Assembly (NCBI GenBank): GCA_963663475.2
Contig: CAXXJV010000001.1
Span: 320,001-384,000 of the forward strand
Source: Candidatus Cloacimonadales bacterium
GTDB taxonomy: Bacteria; Cloacimonadota; Cloacimonadia; Cloacimonadales; JAFGVF01
DNA length: 64,000 nucleotides
Direction of reading: 5' to 3'
The notes below the pieces were generated by a model that was not told the origin of the DNA, made no database searches, and saw nothing but the letters and a program-made list of their open reading frames with translations. The position numbers and the translations under genes were made by a program. Below, in pieces: positions 9,678-20,257 of this stretch; the first letter of the stretch is position 1; every line of letters begins with the position of its first letter.

Positions 9678-10042
9678 GGCTAAAGTTCAAGTCTGGTGTG
9701 GGAATAATATAGGAAAATGAGAATATTTTATTAAATATTGATTCATCAAAAATCCCTGAAAGGGATAAAATAATTTAGCCCAGGGTAAGATGCTGAAAGT
9801 ATCGCAACCCTGGGTAAAGATGGCTAGCCCAAAGATATTACCCTGTAAGGGTTTAATAAAATGATAAATAATGCATTATTTGGGATTATAATAAGTCTAT
9901 GGTATATATGATGTTATTTAACCCTTTCAGGGTTAGGCTTTGTTTTTCATCACCAGTACCCAGGGTTGCATTCCCTTCAGGAATTTACCCTGGGCTAAAC
10001 TATTTATCCCCTTTTGGGGATTCAAGACTTATCCCCTCAGGA
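9678..10042 (+). mobile_element. MITE-A copy, 3'-truncated
   Basis: Starts GGCTAAAGTTCAAGTCTGGTG; colinear with 27801-28155 and then breaks off. Confidence 0.85.
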
Positions 10043-10079
10043 TACATAAAAAAGGTGTCCACTATATTGGTACTTGACA
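10036..10079 (+). mobile_element. Orphan second copy of the IS3 right end
   Basis: CTCAGGATACATAAAAAAGGTGTCCACTATATTGGTACTTGACA is identical to 9465-9508. Confidence 0.92.
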
Positions 10080-10117
10080 TCTTCTTTTCACGTGGGAAAA
10101 GCCCGAATAAAAGAAGA

Positions 10118-10234
10118 TGCCAGCAGGGATGCTGGTACTCCCAGTGAAGAATGCCAGCAGGGATGCTGGCGCTCCCAGTGAAGAATGCCAGCAAAATGCT
10201 GGCATTCCCAGTTTTGGTGGGCAAGCTGCCCACC
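10118..10234. repeat. Tandem REP-like units (3 x 34 bp) plus palindrome
   Basis: (A)TGCCAGCAGGGATGCTGGnnnTCCCAGTGAAGA repeated three times, then GGTGGGCAAGCTGCCCACC. Confidence 0.85.
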
Positions 10235-10291
10235 ATTCAACAAAAGCTATTCTCCAAGGTTCCAAAGAAAGTTCTACTAGAACATTGGCTT

Positions 10292-13216
10292 TTATTCTAA
10301 GATATTTTCAATGTTATCGAAGAGATCTTTATCTTCTTGGATTTTACTATCAGCACCAACAGTAACTCTAATACCACCAGCTAGGGCTTTCTTAAAGTTA
10401 TCAGCTTGAGCTTTAACTTGTTCAGGGCTAGTATTGAGTAATTCCTTTCTTAAATTTTGCCTATATTCTGGTGTAATATTAGCATAATTAAAATGGAAAG
10501 AGGTATCAAGGACCATTCGAGGAGATAATGGAATATCTATATTAGCAATAGAACCAATAATTTGTTTAGACATTTCTGCTTGTGAAGCAGTAAAATTGCT
10601 TAAATATTCAGGAATACCTTGGTAAACTTTATATGTCTTAGCAAGATTAGGGTCTCTATAAGATACTAAGGAGAAATGACCACCATCACCGTAAGAGAAG
10701 ATAGCTCCATAAGCACCACCTTGAACTCTAATATTATTATAGAGATAATCTGAGCTTAGGATATTATTAATCACAATATGGCTACCTTTATAAGACATGC
10801 CTACTTCTTCATAATCACAGACTAATCCTGTGTATTGCACGTTGATTGGAGCAGTTAAAGCTAGGTTCTTGTGTTTTTTTGTGAAGTTGATAGGGGAAAG
10901 ATTGGTTTGAGCTTGAGGTAAGAGGTCTACAAACTTTGTCATAAGATCCTTAACAGCCTGATTATCCGCCTTTTCACCAGCAATACCTAGAATAAATCCT
11001 TGTTGGAAAATTTTCTTGGAAACTCTTTCTAAGTTTTCTTTAATTAAGTCAAATTTCTCATCAAAGTTCTTTTCAAGATCTACTAGGAATCTGTAGAAGT
11101 TATATCCTGAGCTTTCATTAGTATAATCATACTCAAAACGTAACTGGGCTCTACCTTGATTAATAGCCAACATATGGCCAGCTTGAATCATCATCATTTC
11201 TTTACGAGACTTAAGTTCTCTAATTATTTGTTGAATTCTAGTTTTGTTATCAAACTTAGATTGGAGGAGAATTTCCTCTAAGAATTGAGAGATATGGTTA
11301 ATTTTTGACTGGAGAGCTTTCACAGCAACAGACAGGATAATACTAGCTTCATTTCTGCCTTTAGCACTTGGAGTGAAATCACAAGCAAGATTGAACTGTC
11401 CTAAGTTTATATGAATTTCATTTGCTAATTCATTATACTTAAAGTTCTTTGTATCAACCTTAGTTAGAAGGGATTGAAGTAAGCCTAACCACTTCCAATC
11501 TTGTCTATCTAAAACTTTAGCATTAAAGTCTAATCTTACATAAGAAATCTTATTTGTTGGAGAATCAACTTCTAGGTAGTTATATTTTTCTTCCTGAGTA
11601 ATTGTATATTCTACAGGAAGAGGATTTGGACTAATATCAGCAAGTTCGATGTGAGGAATTTTGCTTAATTCTTCTTCAGTATCAGGTGTTTGCTGACGTT
11701 TTCTAAGAACTTCATTCTTCTTGATTAATTTAGCTAAATCATCTTCATTAAGAGATTTCTTATATTCTGCTAATGCTTCTTTAAGCTTTTGGTTTTTCTC
11801 TTCAGTAAGTCCTTTTTTAGGTAATAAGGTCACTACTGCTTGGTGGTTATTTTCTAAAATATAATCTTTGATAAGTTGTTCAAAATAGCCATTATCAGCT
11901 TGATTTCTGATATAATCAAGAGAACTTTCAAACTCTAAATAAAGCATAGGGTCATCACAATGCATCCAGCCATTAAAGGCTTGCATCTGGTAGAAAAGCC
12001 CCTTAGGATAGGTACGAGTATCTGCTTCTCTTAATTGGAATTCTAAAGAGTTGATGACAGCTTCTTTGAGTTTTTTATCTATACCTTCCTTGACTAATTT
12101 ATTTAAGCAATCTGTGATAACATTAGCAATTTTGTCTTTTTCAGAAGGGTTTGTATTTTTAACAATAAAAGATAGGACTGGTTGCAAGATAGAAGAATCA
12201 TGAATTGAGAAAACATCTTGCCCTAAGCCAGCTTCAAGTAATGCTTCTTTAAGTGGAGCCCCTTCCATATCAATCAGGATATTACTTAAAAGTCCTATTC
12301 CCATATTAGTTCTTGCGTCATTAATATTGCCTACACTGTAGCTATGACAGATAAAGCTTTTATTTTCTTCAGAATCAGATTGTCCAATTGGGTAGTAATC
12401 AACACTTTCTTGGGGCTGAGTAAAAGCTTTTTGAAGTGGAATATCTGTATCAATATCTAATCTATCAAAATTAGTTAAATATTCATTATCAATCTTCTTA
12501 AGAGCTGCTTCTAAATCTAAATCACCATAAAGAGAAATATAACTGTTGCTTGGATGATAATATCTTTTATGGAAATTTAAAAACTTTTCATAAGTTAGTT
12601 GAGGTATAACATCTGGATCTCCACCAGACTCATAACTATAGCAGTTATCAGGATTCAAGACTGCTTGAATCTTACGGTAGATGATAGATTCTGGAGATGA
12701 GAAAGCACCTTTCATTTCATTATAAACAACACCATTAAAAATAACTTCATCTTCTTTATTGAAGATTTCATGATGCCAACCCTCTTGTAAGAATATTTCT
12801 TCTGTATCATAAATCTTAGGATATAAAACAGCATCTAAGTAAACATCCATAAGGTTCATGAAATCTTTTTGATTTGTGCTAGCTATTGGGTACATTGTCT
12901 TATCAGAAGCTGTAAAAGCATTCAAGAAAGTCTTTAATGACCCCTTAACTAGTTCCATAAAAGGCTCTTTACAAGGGTATTTACGAGAACCGTTCAAGAC
13001 TGAATGTTCCAGGATATGAGGGGTTCCACAAGAATCTTCTGGTAATGTTTTGAAACCAATAGTAAAGACTTTATTTATATCATCATTTTTAAAATATAGT
13101 AAGCCAGCTCCATTCTTTTGATGTTCAAAATAATAAAGGGTATTGTTTATTTCTTTTATCTCTTTTATCCATTTAAGTTCAAAGTTCTGATAGCTCTTTC
13201 CTATCTCTAAATTCAT
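10292..13216 (-). CDS. M16C (insulinase/presequence protease-like) metallopeptidase
   Basis: Inverted zincin HILEH (GTPHILEHSVLNGSRKYP), FLNAFT, GVVYNEMKG, IRVQGGAYG, SYRDPN. Confidence 0.96.
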   Translation of the reverse strand: MNLEIGKSYQNFELKWIKEIKEINNTLYYFEHQKNGAGLLYFKNDDINKVFTIGFKTLPEDSCGTPHILEHSVLNGSRKYPCKEPFMELVKGSLKTFLNAFTASDKTMYPIASTNQKDFMNLMDVYLDAVLYPKIYDTEEIFLQEGWHHEIFNKEDEVIFNGVVYNEMKGAFSSPESIIYRKIQAVLNPDNCYSYESGGDPDVIPQLTYEKFLNFHKRYYHPSNSYISLYGDLDLEAALKKIDNEYLTNFDRLDIDTDIPLQKAFTQPQESVDYYPIGQSDSEENKSFICHSYSVGNINDARTNMGIGLLSNILIDMEGAPLKEALLEAGLGQDVFSIHDSSILQPVLSFIVKNTNPSEKDKIANVITDCLNKLVKEGIDKKLKEAVINSLEFQLREADTRTYPKGLFYQMQAFNGWMHCDDPMLYLEFESSLDYIRNQADNGYFEQLIKDYILENNHQAVVTLLPKKGLTEEKNQKLKEALAEYKKSLNEDDLAKLIKKNEVLRKRQQTPDTEEELSKIPHIELADISPNPLPVEYTITQEEKYNYLEVDSPTNKISYVRLDFNAKVLDRQDWKWLGLLQSLLTKVDTKNFKYNELANEIHINLGQFNLACDFTPSAKGRNEASIILSVAVKALQSKINHISQFLEEILLQSKFDNKTRIQQIIRELKSRKEMMMIQAGHMLAINQGRAQLRFEYDYTNESSGYNFYRFLVDLEKNFDEKFDLIKENLERVSKKIFQQGFILGIAGEKADNQAVKDLMTKFVDLLPQAQTNLSPINFTKKHKNLALTAPINVQYTGLVCDYEEVGMSYKGSHIVINNILSSDYLYNNIRVQGGAYGAIFSYGDGGHFSLVSYRDPNLAKTYKVYQGIPEYLSNFTASQAEMSKQIIGSIANIDIPLSPRMVLDTSFHFNYANITPEYRQNLRKELLNTSPEQVKAQADNFKKALAGGIRVTVGADSKIQEDKDLFDNIENILE

Positions 13217-13229
13217 TATAACTCCTTAT

Positions 13230-14111
13230 CTATTTCTTAATTAATTTGTATCTTTTTAAAGTTTCTTTGAGCAAATCTCTGTTCTTTTCCTCCAATAACG
13301 TAAGTGGCATTCTTATCTCTAAATCTATCATTCCTATCATTGCTAAAGCTTCTTTAACAGGAATTGGATTTGTTTCAATAAACATAATACTATTGAGGTC
13401 TAATATTTCTTCATGCAATTTTCTAGCCTCATTCCATTTATTATCCATACAAAGTGCCCATAGTCTGTGAACTTTATCAGGGATAATATTAGCTGTAACA
13501 GATATAGTTCCCTTGCAACCGACAGAGTAAAGGGGAAGATTTAAAGCATCTTCTCCAGACATAACAGAGAAATTCTTATCTGTTCCCATTACAATACGAG
13601 AAGCTTGAAGAATATCGCCAGTGGCTTCTTTGATTCCTACTATGTTCTTACAGTCTTTAGCAAGTTTGATAGTAGTCTCAGAATTCATATTCACTCCTGT
13701 TCTACCAGGAACATTGTAAATTACGATTGGAATTTTAACTTGATCAGCTATTAGCTTAAAGTATTCGTAGAGACTCTTCTGTGTAGGTTTGATATAATAA
13801 GGAGTTATTACTAGCGCATAATCAACCCCTAAGTTCTCAGCTTTCTTGGTTAGTGAAAGTGTCTGATGATAATTATTAGTACCAGTACCAACCATTATCT
13901 TAACTCTCTTGTCTATCTTCTGAATACAAAACTGTAGTAAACGTTCTCTTTCATCAGAAGCAATGTTTGGTGATTCACCTGTTGTTCCCATTAAAAGAAT
14001 ACCATCTGTTCCATTCTTAATGTGAAACTCTATTAATTTTTCTAAAGCATTATAGTCTATATCATTGTTTTTAAAGGGGTTTACTAAAGCAACATAAGAT
14101 CCTTTTAACAT
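13230..14111 (-). CDS. dapA: 4-hydroxy-tetrahydrodipicolinate synthase
   Basis: GTTGES, ITPYY, IYNVPGRTG, GIKEA, FIETNPIPVK. Confidence 0.97.
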   Translation of the reverse strand: MLKGSYVALVNPFKNNDIDYNALEKLIEFHIKNGTDGILLMGTTGESPNIASDERERLLQFCIQKIDKRVKIMVGTGTNNYHQTLSLTKKAENLGVDYALVITPYYIKPTQKSLYEYFKLIADQVKIPIVIYNVPGRTGVNMNSETTIKLAKDCKNIVGIKEATGDILQASRIVMGTDKNFSVMSGEDALNLPLYSVGCKGTISVTANIIPDKVHRLWALCMDNKWNEARKLHEEILDLNSIMFIETNPIPVKEALAMIGMIDLEIRMPLTLLEEKNRDLLKETLKRYKLIKK

Positions 14112-14330
14112 AATTTTCTCCTTATTAAGCTCGAAAGCATGTTTATATTTTTACAAGTATAATAAAACGCTGTTAATACGTCAATTAAAAATTTAAGAAA
14201 ATAGAGAAAGACTAAATGGAGACTGCTCAAGCAGCAAGCCACCTTCTTTATATTAATCTCATAGATGAAACATTTTTCACAGTGTATTTTGTTGTTTGTT
14301 GTTTAAACCCAAAAAATATTTTTTTAGTAT

Positions 14331-14359
14331 TGACAAACAAATCCTAATCAAATAAATTA
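14331..14359 (+). promoter_or_regulatory. Putative sigma70 promoter
   Basis: TTGACA-17 nt-TAAATT upstream of the 14517 gene. Confidence 0.45.
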
Positions 14360-14516
14360 GATTTAGAATTTGAAATTACATTAATAAGATAATTTAAAAA
14401 ATAATTAGAAATAATGAAACAGACAATAATAGCTATTGTTATACTTATATATATCATCATATAAGATAGACAATGGAATTTACATGGCCTATCTTTTAAC
14501 TAACTAAGGGAAAATT

Positions 14517-16718
14517 ATGAAAAAAATCAGTTTAGTTTTAGCATTTACATTTCTAATAGGCTTAGTTTGGAGCTTAGAGTACTCTTCAATTCTATCAGTG
14601 TCAGAAGAATCACTTTCAGCAGCTAGTAAAGATTCTACTCTATATCTAGCTAGTCTAAATGGATTATCTATTTATAATTACACTAATGAAAGCCTAGAAT
14701 TAGTGAATACAATTATTTCTCCCAATAATCTAATAACCAATGTAGTAAGAGCTTCTGGTAACTATCTTGTCCATGGTACTTATGCCTACCGCTTGTATGA
14801 TCTCACAGATAGCCATAATCCAGTTGAAATAATGACTCTTAATCATGGTCATATTGCTGAGATATATGATGTTGGGGACTATCTTCTTGTTAGAGCTGAT
14901 AATCTTTATGCATATAATACTAATGATTTTAGCATTCCACCAACCCAATTATTAGAATCTGTAGGAGAAATTAAAATCTATGATAACCTGCTTTTCCAAT
15001 TGATTCGTAATGCAGAAGAACATAGAGAGTTACGAATGTATACCATGAGCTTACCTACAGGCTTAGAGTTAATTGATTCTCTTCAAATAAACGATAATGG
15101 AGACTATTCTGTGATGGCTATTCAGAATGAAAGAGTCTTTACCAGAGAAAAAAATTACCTTAAAGTTTTTTCTTTCTCAAATGGATTAGAACTTTTAGAG
15201 ACCTTTGGTCCATTGCCCTCTTTGGATGATGATCCCAGCGATTTTAGGACTATTGGAAATTCATCAACTCTCATAAGTACAGATGGTTACTATTGGGATA
15301 TTAGTGAAGTGACTAATATTACCCAATATCAAAGTTGGCGAGATCCTCATTATTACTACCGATCAAAAGCAACTATTATCGGAGATTACTATATTAAACC
15401 AAATTTAGAGTATGGCCTAGTTATTGTTGATTTTAGTGATATAGAAAACGCAGATATTATATATGAGTACAATTATTATTATAATCCTGTAGGGGTAGAA
15501 ATTATTGACAATACTCTTTTGGATCTTGCTTACCCAAAACTAACAATGTATGATTTATCTAATGCTGAGAATATTGAAGAAACATTTTCAATTGAAGCTG
15601 AAGATTGGGATGGTCGATTTAAGAGCTATTGTCTTGCTGAAGATAAACTAATCTTAAATACCGATCAATACATCAACATCTATAATACAGAAAATGGCAT
15701 ATCTCAAGCTGAATTTTCGTCTTCAATAGGTTTTGGACAAGTTGGTCTAGTTGCTTCTTATAATAATTACCTCTACCATATAGGGCCAGAATCTCTAAAC
15801 ATGCAAATTATTGATATTTCTAATACCGATGATCCTGAGATAATTACCTCTGTATCTGTTCAAGAAATATCAGATTATCCTGTTAATCTTTATATTATTG
15901 ATAATTATCTAATATTAGTTAACCACACTAGGCTTATGGCAATATATGACTTAAATAATCCCCTTCAACCTCAGTTTTTAAGTACATCCAGTTTTAACAC
16001 TTTACTTGGTAACCAACATTATACTGACGATATTGAGATTATTGTACAAAACAATATTGCATATGTTTCATTTGTCAATTATTGGACAGTAAATCAGATT
16101 TATTTATCAGATATTTTCATCTTTGATATCACAGATATCGAGAACTGGATTTTACTGAATACAATAACTTCTGATGTAATAAGAAGTAATTCTATTGAAG
16201 TTGTGGGTGATTACCTCTACAGTGTAAGCATGGAACTTGAAGCTCAAATTTACATGTATCAACTTGATGGCCTAGGTGGTTTTAGTCTGCTTGCATCATA
16301 TACTTCAGATATTTGTACTCAAAGTCAAGTTACTGACTTTGATGTTTTCAACGGAAAATTGTATCTTTGCCAAGAATATGTCTTATCTTGCTTTGACATA
16401 CTTTACTATACCGAAAATGATACCTATGAAATTGTACCTTCAAATGAGATTTCAGCTTATAATTACCCAAATCCCTTTAACCCTGAAACTACTATTTCTT
16501 ATGAACTTGCAAATAAAGGAAATGTAAGTGTAGATATTTATAATCTAAAAGGGCAGAAAGTAAAGACATTGTTTTCTGAAAGTCAAGAAGCAGGCATGCA
16601 TAGTCTTGTTTGGAGGGGAGACAATGATGCAGGCAAACAGGTATCCTCTGGAACATATTTGTATCGTGTAAAAAGTGGCAATGATGAGATAGTTAAGAAA
16701 ATGCTAATAATGAAGTAG
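14517..16718 (+). CDS. Secreted LVIVD-repeat beta-propeller protein with FlgD-Ig/T9SS-type CTD
   Basis: Signal peptide; repeats GLVIVDFSD, MQIIDISNTDDP, IYDLNNPLQP; C-terminus NYPNPFNPETTISY...KKMLIMK. Confidence 0.85.
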   Translation: MKKISLVLAFTFLIGLVWSLEYSSILSVSEESLSAASKDSTLYLASLNGLSIYNYTNESLELVNTIISPNNLITNVVRASGNYLVHGTYAYRLYDLTDSHNPVEIMTLNHGHIAEIYDVGDYLLVRADNLYAYNTNDFSIPPTQLLESVGEIKIYDNLLFQLIRNAEEHRELRMYTMSLPTGLELIDSLQINDNGDYSVMAIQNERVFTREKNYLKVFSFSNGLELLETFGPLPSLDDDPSDFRTIGNSSTLISTDGYYWDISEVTNITQYQSWRDPHYYYRSKATIIGDYYIKPNLEYGLVIVDFSDIENADIIYEYNYYYNPVGVEIIDNTLLDLAYPKLTMYDLSNAENIEETFSIEAEDWDGRFKSYCLAEDKLILNTDQYINIYNTENGISQAEFSSSIGFGQVGLVASYNNYLYHIGPESLNMQIIDISNTDDPEIITSVSVQEISDYPVNLYIIDNYLILVNHTRLMAIYDLNNPLQPQFLSTSSFNTLLGNQHYTDDIEIIVQNNIAYVSFVNYWTVNQIYLSDIFIFDITDIENWILLNTITSDVIRSNSIEVVGDYLYSVSMELEAQIYMYQLDGLGGFSLLASYTSDICTQSQVTDFDVFNGKLYLCQEYVLSCFDILYYTENDTYEIVPSNEISAYNYPNPFNPETTISYELANKGNVSVDIYNLKGQKVKTLFSESQEAGMHSLVWRGDNDAGKQVSSGTYLYRVKSGNDEIVKKMLIMK

Positions 16719-16817
16719 AAGAAAAAAGGAAGCTATAAAATAAATCTTGACTAATATTTATGTTATATAATTTTAGTAATCTATATAAAAATCTATAAAA
16801 GAAGGGGGTGATGTAAA

Positions 16818-17024
16818 GTGCCTAAAGTAGTCGGAAGAGACAATGAACCTTTTGATATCCTTTTGAAGAGATTCAAAAAGAGATGTGAAAAAGCTGCTAT
16901 CTTATCAGATATCAAGAAGAATCAGTACTTTGAAAAACCTTCTGTTAAGAAAAGAAGAGAAGAGAATGTTGCAAAGCGTAAAATGGTTAAAGCGATGAGA
17001 AAAATGAATCGTTTCAACAAGTAG
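16818..17024 (+). CDS. rpsU: 30S ribosomal protein S21
   Basis: LKRFKK...YFEKPSVKKR; GTG start with RBS. Confidence 0.96.
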   Translation: MPKVVGRDNEPFDILLKRFKKRCEKAAILSDIKKNQYFEKPSVKKRREENVAKRKMVKAMRKMNRFNK

Positions 17025-17145
17025 TTTTACGACTGATAGAATTGAGTAGCTAGTAATTATTTTCTACTGATAGTAATCAACTTTCAGTTTTAATAAAAAT
17101 CGATTATTGATAGAGATTTGATAGATACTTAATTTGAAGAGATTG

Positions 17146-17178
17146 AAGAGTGCTGATTAATCGGCACTCTTTTTTTTT
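17146..17178 (+). terminator. Intrinsic terminator after rpsU
   Basis: AAGAGTGCTGA-TTAA-TCGGCACTCTT followed by a T run. Confidence 0.88.
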
Positions 17179-17192
17179 AATAAATTAGAAAG

Positions 17193-17311
17193 AATAACCC
17201 AGAATTTCTCCAATGGCGGACATATTTTTGCTTACTAAGAGCTTTCCCGTCTTAGGAATACCAGTCCACTCCTCAGAGAGGAGAATTGTCAGGGTTAAGC
17301 AGACTTAGCCC
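17193..17311. ncRNA. Candidate structured RNA of unknown class
   Basis: GC-richer island forming a long imperfect rod (TAACCC/GGGTTA, TTCTCC/GGAGAA, GGAC/GTCC, CTAAGA/TCTTAG), plus an alternative hairpin GGGTTAAG/CTTAGCCC. Confidence 0.35.
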
Positions 17312-17339
17312 AATTAACAAGAAACAAAGAGAGTAAATT

Positions 17340-17867
17340 ATGATGTTAGACATTATTTTAGCTATTTGCATAATTTTATTAGTAATTTGGGGCTTATATA
17401 AAGGCCTGATTAGAGGATTAATGAGTTTTATAACTGGTATAATTCTTTATATTTCTTTAAGTAAATTTACTATTCCTTTAAGTGATTGGATGGTAGAAAA
17501 CTGGCAACTAAGTTATGGTTGGTCCACAGTTCTTTCTGTAGTAGGGCAAATATTAATTATAAGTGTGATAACCTTGGTAATCACAAAAATTATTGAACTG
17601 ATAATAACTAGCCTAAATTTGAATATTTTTAATAGATTATTAGGAGGGCTTTTCGGTCTTTTAGCTATGCAATTTGTAATTACCCTCTTTGTGATCATTA
17701 TGAACATAGCAAATATCGAGTTGGTTCTTAAGCAGATTAATAATTCAAAAGTCTGCCAGATCTCAGCCCATATTAATAGCAACTATTTAAAACCTGTCTT
17801 GGGCAAAGATATTAATCAATATCTACAAGACTATTTAGATAGAAATAGACAAGAGGAAATAATATAG
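17340..17867 (+). CDS. cvpA: CvpA (colicin V production) family membrane protein
   Basis: LDIILA...GLYKGLIR and NRLLGGLFG motifs; lies next to mutS2. Confidence 0.88.
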   Translation: MMLDIILAICIILLVIWGLYKGLIRGLMSFITGIILYISLSKFTIPLSDWMVENWQLSYGWSTVLSVVGQILIISVITLVITKIIELIITSLNLNIFNRLLGGLFGLLAMQFVITLFVIIMNIANIELVLKQINNSKVCQISAHINSNYLKPVLGKDINQYLQDYLDRNRQEEII

Positions 17868-17871
17868 ATAG

Positions 17872-20226
17872 ATGTATTCCTATAATAAATTAGAATTTAC
17901 CAAGCTAAAAGAGCTAATTAAGGGTCACTGTAACTCTTATTTAGCTAGTGATAAGATAGATGCTTTAGAGCCTTTAGCAGATATTAGAAGCATAAATAAG
18001 CAAACTGAGATGATAGATACATTTCAGTCTATGCTGAAAGAAGGCTTATCTGTTAGGATTGAAAATCTTTCAAATTTAGAAGATTTTTTTTCTGAATTTA
18101 AAGGTTTTGTCATGAGCATAGAAGAATTTCAACTTGTGATCAATAATGTCAGAATTGGCAATGATCTCAAGAGGAAACTAGCCTCTTTTGAAGGTTATCA
18201 AGTAGTAAAGAAATATTTTGAAAACTTGCAGGCTTACCCAGAAATAAGTGATAGATATGATAGAATTTTTTCACCTGAAGGCGATATCTTAGATACTGCT
18301 TCTTCAGAACTAAATAGAATTAGAAAGAGTAGAAAAGACACTAGGTTAAGTATTCAGAAAACACTCAATAGCAAATTGCATGATCCTAAATTTGAGAAGT
18401 ATTTACAAGAAAAGATAGTTACTACTAGAGGTGACAGATTTGTTGTACCTATAAAAGAAGGGAAGGTAAAGTTTGTAGGTGGCGTAGTACAAGAAAGATC
18501 TTCTAGCGGAGCATCAGTCTTTGTTGAGCCCCCAGAAATAGTTGAGATGAACAACAAGATATCCTATTTAAAACAAGCTGAAAAAGAAGAGATCTACAAG
18601 ATTTTCAAGAAGTTCACCGAGCTTATTCTTCCCTTACAGGAGAGCTTAATAAGCAATACCGAGCTGATAGGACAGTTTGAATTCTTCTTTGCTTGTGCCT
18701 CCTTCTCAAACTATTTGAAAGCTAATAAAGTTAATATAGTTGAGTCTCCAATTATTTCTTTAAAAGGAGCTAGACATCCCCTCTTAATTCATACTTTGCG
18801 AGGTGTGGATAAGGTTATCCCCTTTGAACTGAAGATTGGTCATGATTATAATATATTAGTTCTATCAGGTCCTAACACAGGTGGTAAAACTGTTACCCTG
18901 AAAGGAACAGGACTCTTAACTATGATGGCCTTATCTGGTCTGCCAATTCCTGCTGATAAAGAAAGTCAGATAGGTATCTTTGAGCATATTCTAGCTGATA
19001 TCGGAGATGAACAATCTCTTGAATCCTCTTTATCCACCTTCTCATCACATATTGGTCAGATAAAAAAAATGATTGATAATGCTAATGATAAGACCCTTAT
19101 TCTAATAGATGAGATTGGTTCTTCTACAGATCCTGAGCAGGGTTCAGCTCTTGCCCAAGCGGTATTGGAAGAGGTTGAGAAGTTATCTGCTAAAGGTATT
19201 ATAACAACCCACTTCACCGCCTTAAAGGTTTTTGCTGAGAAAAATAAGAATTGTCGTAATGCTTCCATGCAATTTGATGCTCGTGAACATAAACCAACCT
19301 ATAAATTTGTATTTGGTCTGCCTGGAGATTCCTTTGCTATTGATGTAGCTGAAGGCTTAGGTCTTAATGAAGAAATTATTAAACGGTCAAAAGACTTAGC
19401 TGGAACTCAGAATGTAGAACTTACTAATTTGATTAAAAGACTCGAAGTTGAGAAGAAAAAGCTAGGTCAGATTACCTATAAACATGAACTTCAGCTTGCC
19501 CTATTGAAGGGGAAAGAAGAGGAATACAAGAAGAAGATTAACCAACTAGAGACAGAAGCTAAGGAAATCAAAAAGAGACATTTAAAAGAAGCTCAACAGT
19601 ATTTAATTGAAATGCAAAAAGAACTTAATCAAGATCTTGATAACATTAAAAAATTAGATAAAGAAGAAAGAAAAAATAGAAATCAAGATATTCTAAAGAA
19701 GTTAAATCAAAAACATCAAGAGATTAAGAATGAGCGCCAGAAACTATCAAAGAAGAAAGGATCTAAAATTCGAGAGGCTGAAGTAGGAATGCGAGTATGG
19801 GTTGAAAGTTTTGAAACTGAAGCGACTATTGCTGAAATAAATAAATCTTCCCTTATAGTAGATATGGATGGAATCACTTTCAAAACTACATTAGATAATA
19901 TTATATCTCTTCCTGAACATAGACAGAAGAAAAAAGAAAAAGATCAAGCTGTTTCTATTGTTTCCACTGACCATGCTCCTAAGGCTAGTTTTGAGCTAAA
20001 GTTACTTGGCTTAACCTTTGATGAATCAAAAACCCTAATTAATGAATTTATCGATAATGCTAATTTAGCAGGCTTGAAAAAGCTAAGAATTGTCCATGGT
20101 AAGGGTACTGGAGCTTTAAGAAGCAAGGTGCGACAACACTTACAGAGAATAAGAATCGTGAAAACCTTTTATACTCCACCTGAAAATGCTGGTGGTTCTG
20201 GAGTTACCATAGTTGAACTCCACTAA
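17872..20226 (+). CDS. mutS2: MutS2 (ATPase + KOW + Smr)
   Basis: SGPNTGGKTVTLK, DIGDEQS, DEIGSSTDP, IVHGKGTGALR, GGSGVTIV. Confidence 0.97.
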   Translation: MYSYNKLEFTKLKELIKGHCNSYLASDKIDALEPLADIRSINKQTEMIDTFQSMLKEGLSVRIENLSNLEDFFSEFKGFVMSIEEFQLVINNVRIGNDLKRKLASFEGYQVVKKYFENLQAYPEISDRYDRIFSPEGDILDTASSELNRIRKSRKDTRLSIQKTLNSKLHDPKFEKYLQEKIVTTRGDRFVVPIKEGKVKFVGGVVQERSSSGASVFVEPPEIVEMNNKISYLKQAEKEEIYKIFKKFTELILPLQESLISNTELIGQFEFFFACASFSNYLKANKVNIVESPIISLKGARHPLLIHTLRGVDKVIPFELKIGHDYNILVLSGPNTGGKTVTLKGTGLLTMMALSGLPIPADKESQIGIFEHILADIGDEQSLESSLSTFSSHIGQIKKMIDNANDKTLILIDEIGSSTDPEQGSALAQAVLEEVEKLSAKGIITTHFTALKVFAEKNKNCRNASMQFDAREHKPTYKFVFGLPGDSFAIDVAEGLGLNEEIIKRSKDLAGTQNVELTNLIKRLEVEKKKLGQITYKHELQLALLKGKEEEYKKKINQLETEAKEIKKRHLKEAQQYLIEMQKELNQDLDNIKKLDKEERKNRNQDILKKLNQKHQEIKNERQKLSKKKGSKIREAEVGMRVWVESFETEATIAEINKSSLIVDMDGITFKTTLDNIISLPEHRQKKKEKDQAVSIVSTDHAPKASFELKLLGLTFDESKTLINEFIDNANLAGLKKLRIVHGKGTGALRSKVRQHLQRIRIVKTFYTPPENAGGSGVTIVELH

Positions 20227-20257
20227 GTTAACTCTCAAAAATTAAGGATAAATTAGA

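Noticed and set aside
9899-10365. Four overlapping short ORFs
   Set aside because: They are translations of MITE, IS-end and REP DNA.
17193-17311. SRP RNA or hammerhead ribozyme
   Set aside because: It lacks the SRP domain IV consensus; CTGAGGA on the minus strand is not followed by a correctly placed stem II-GAAA.
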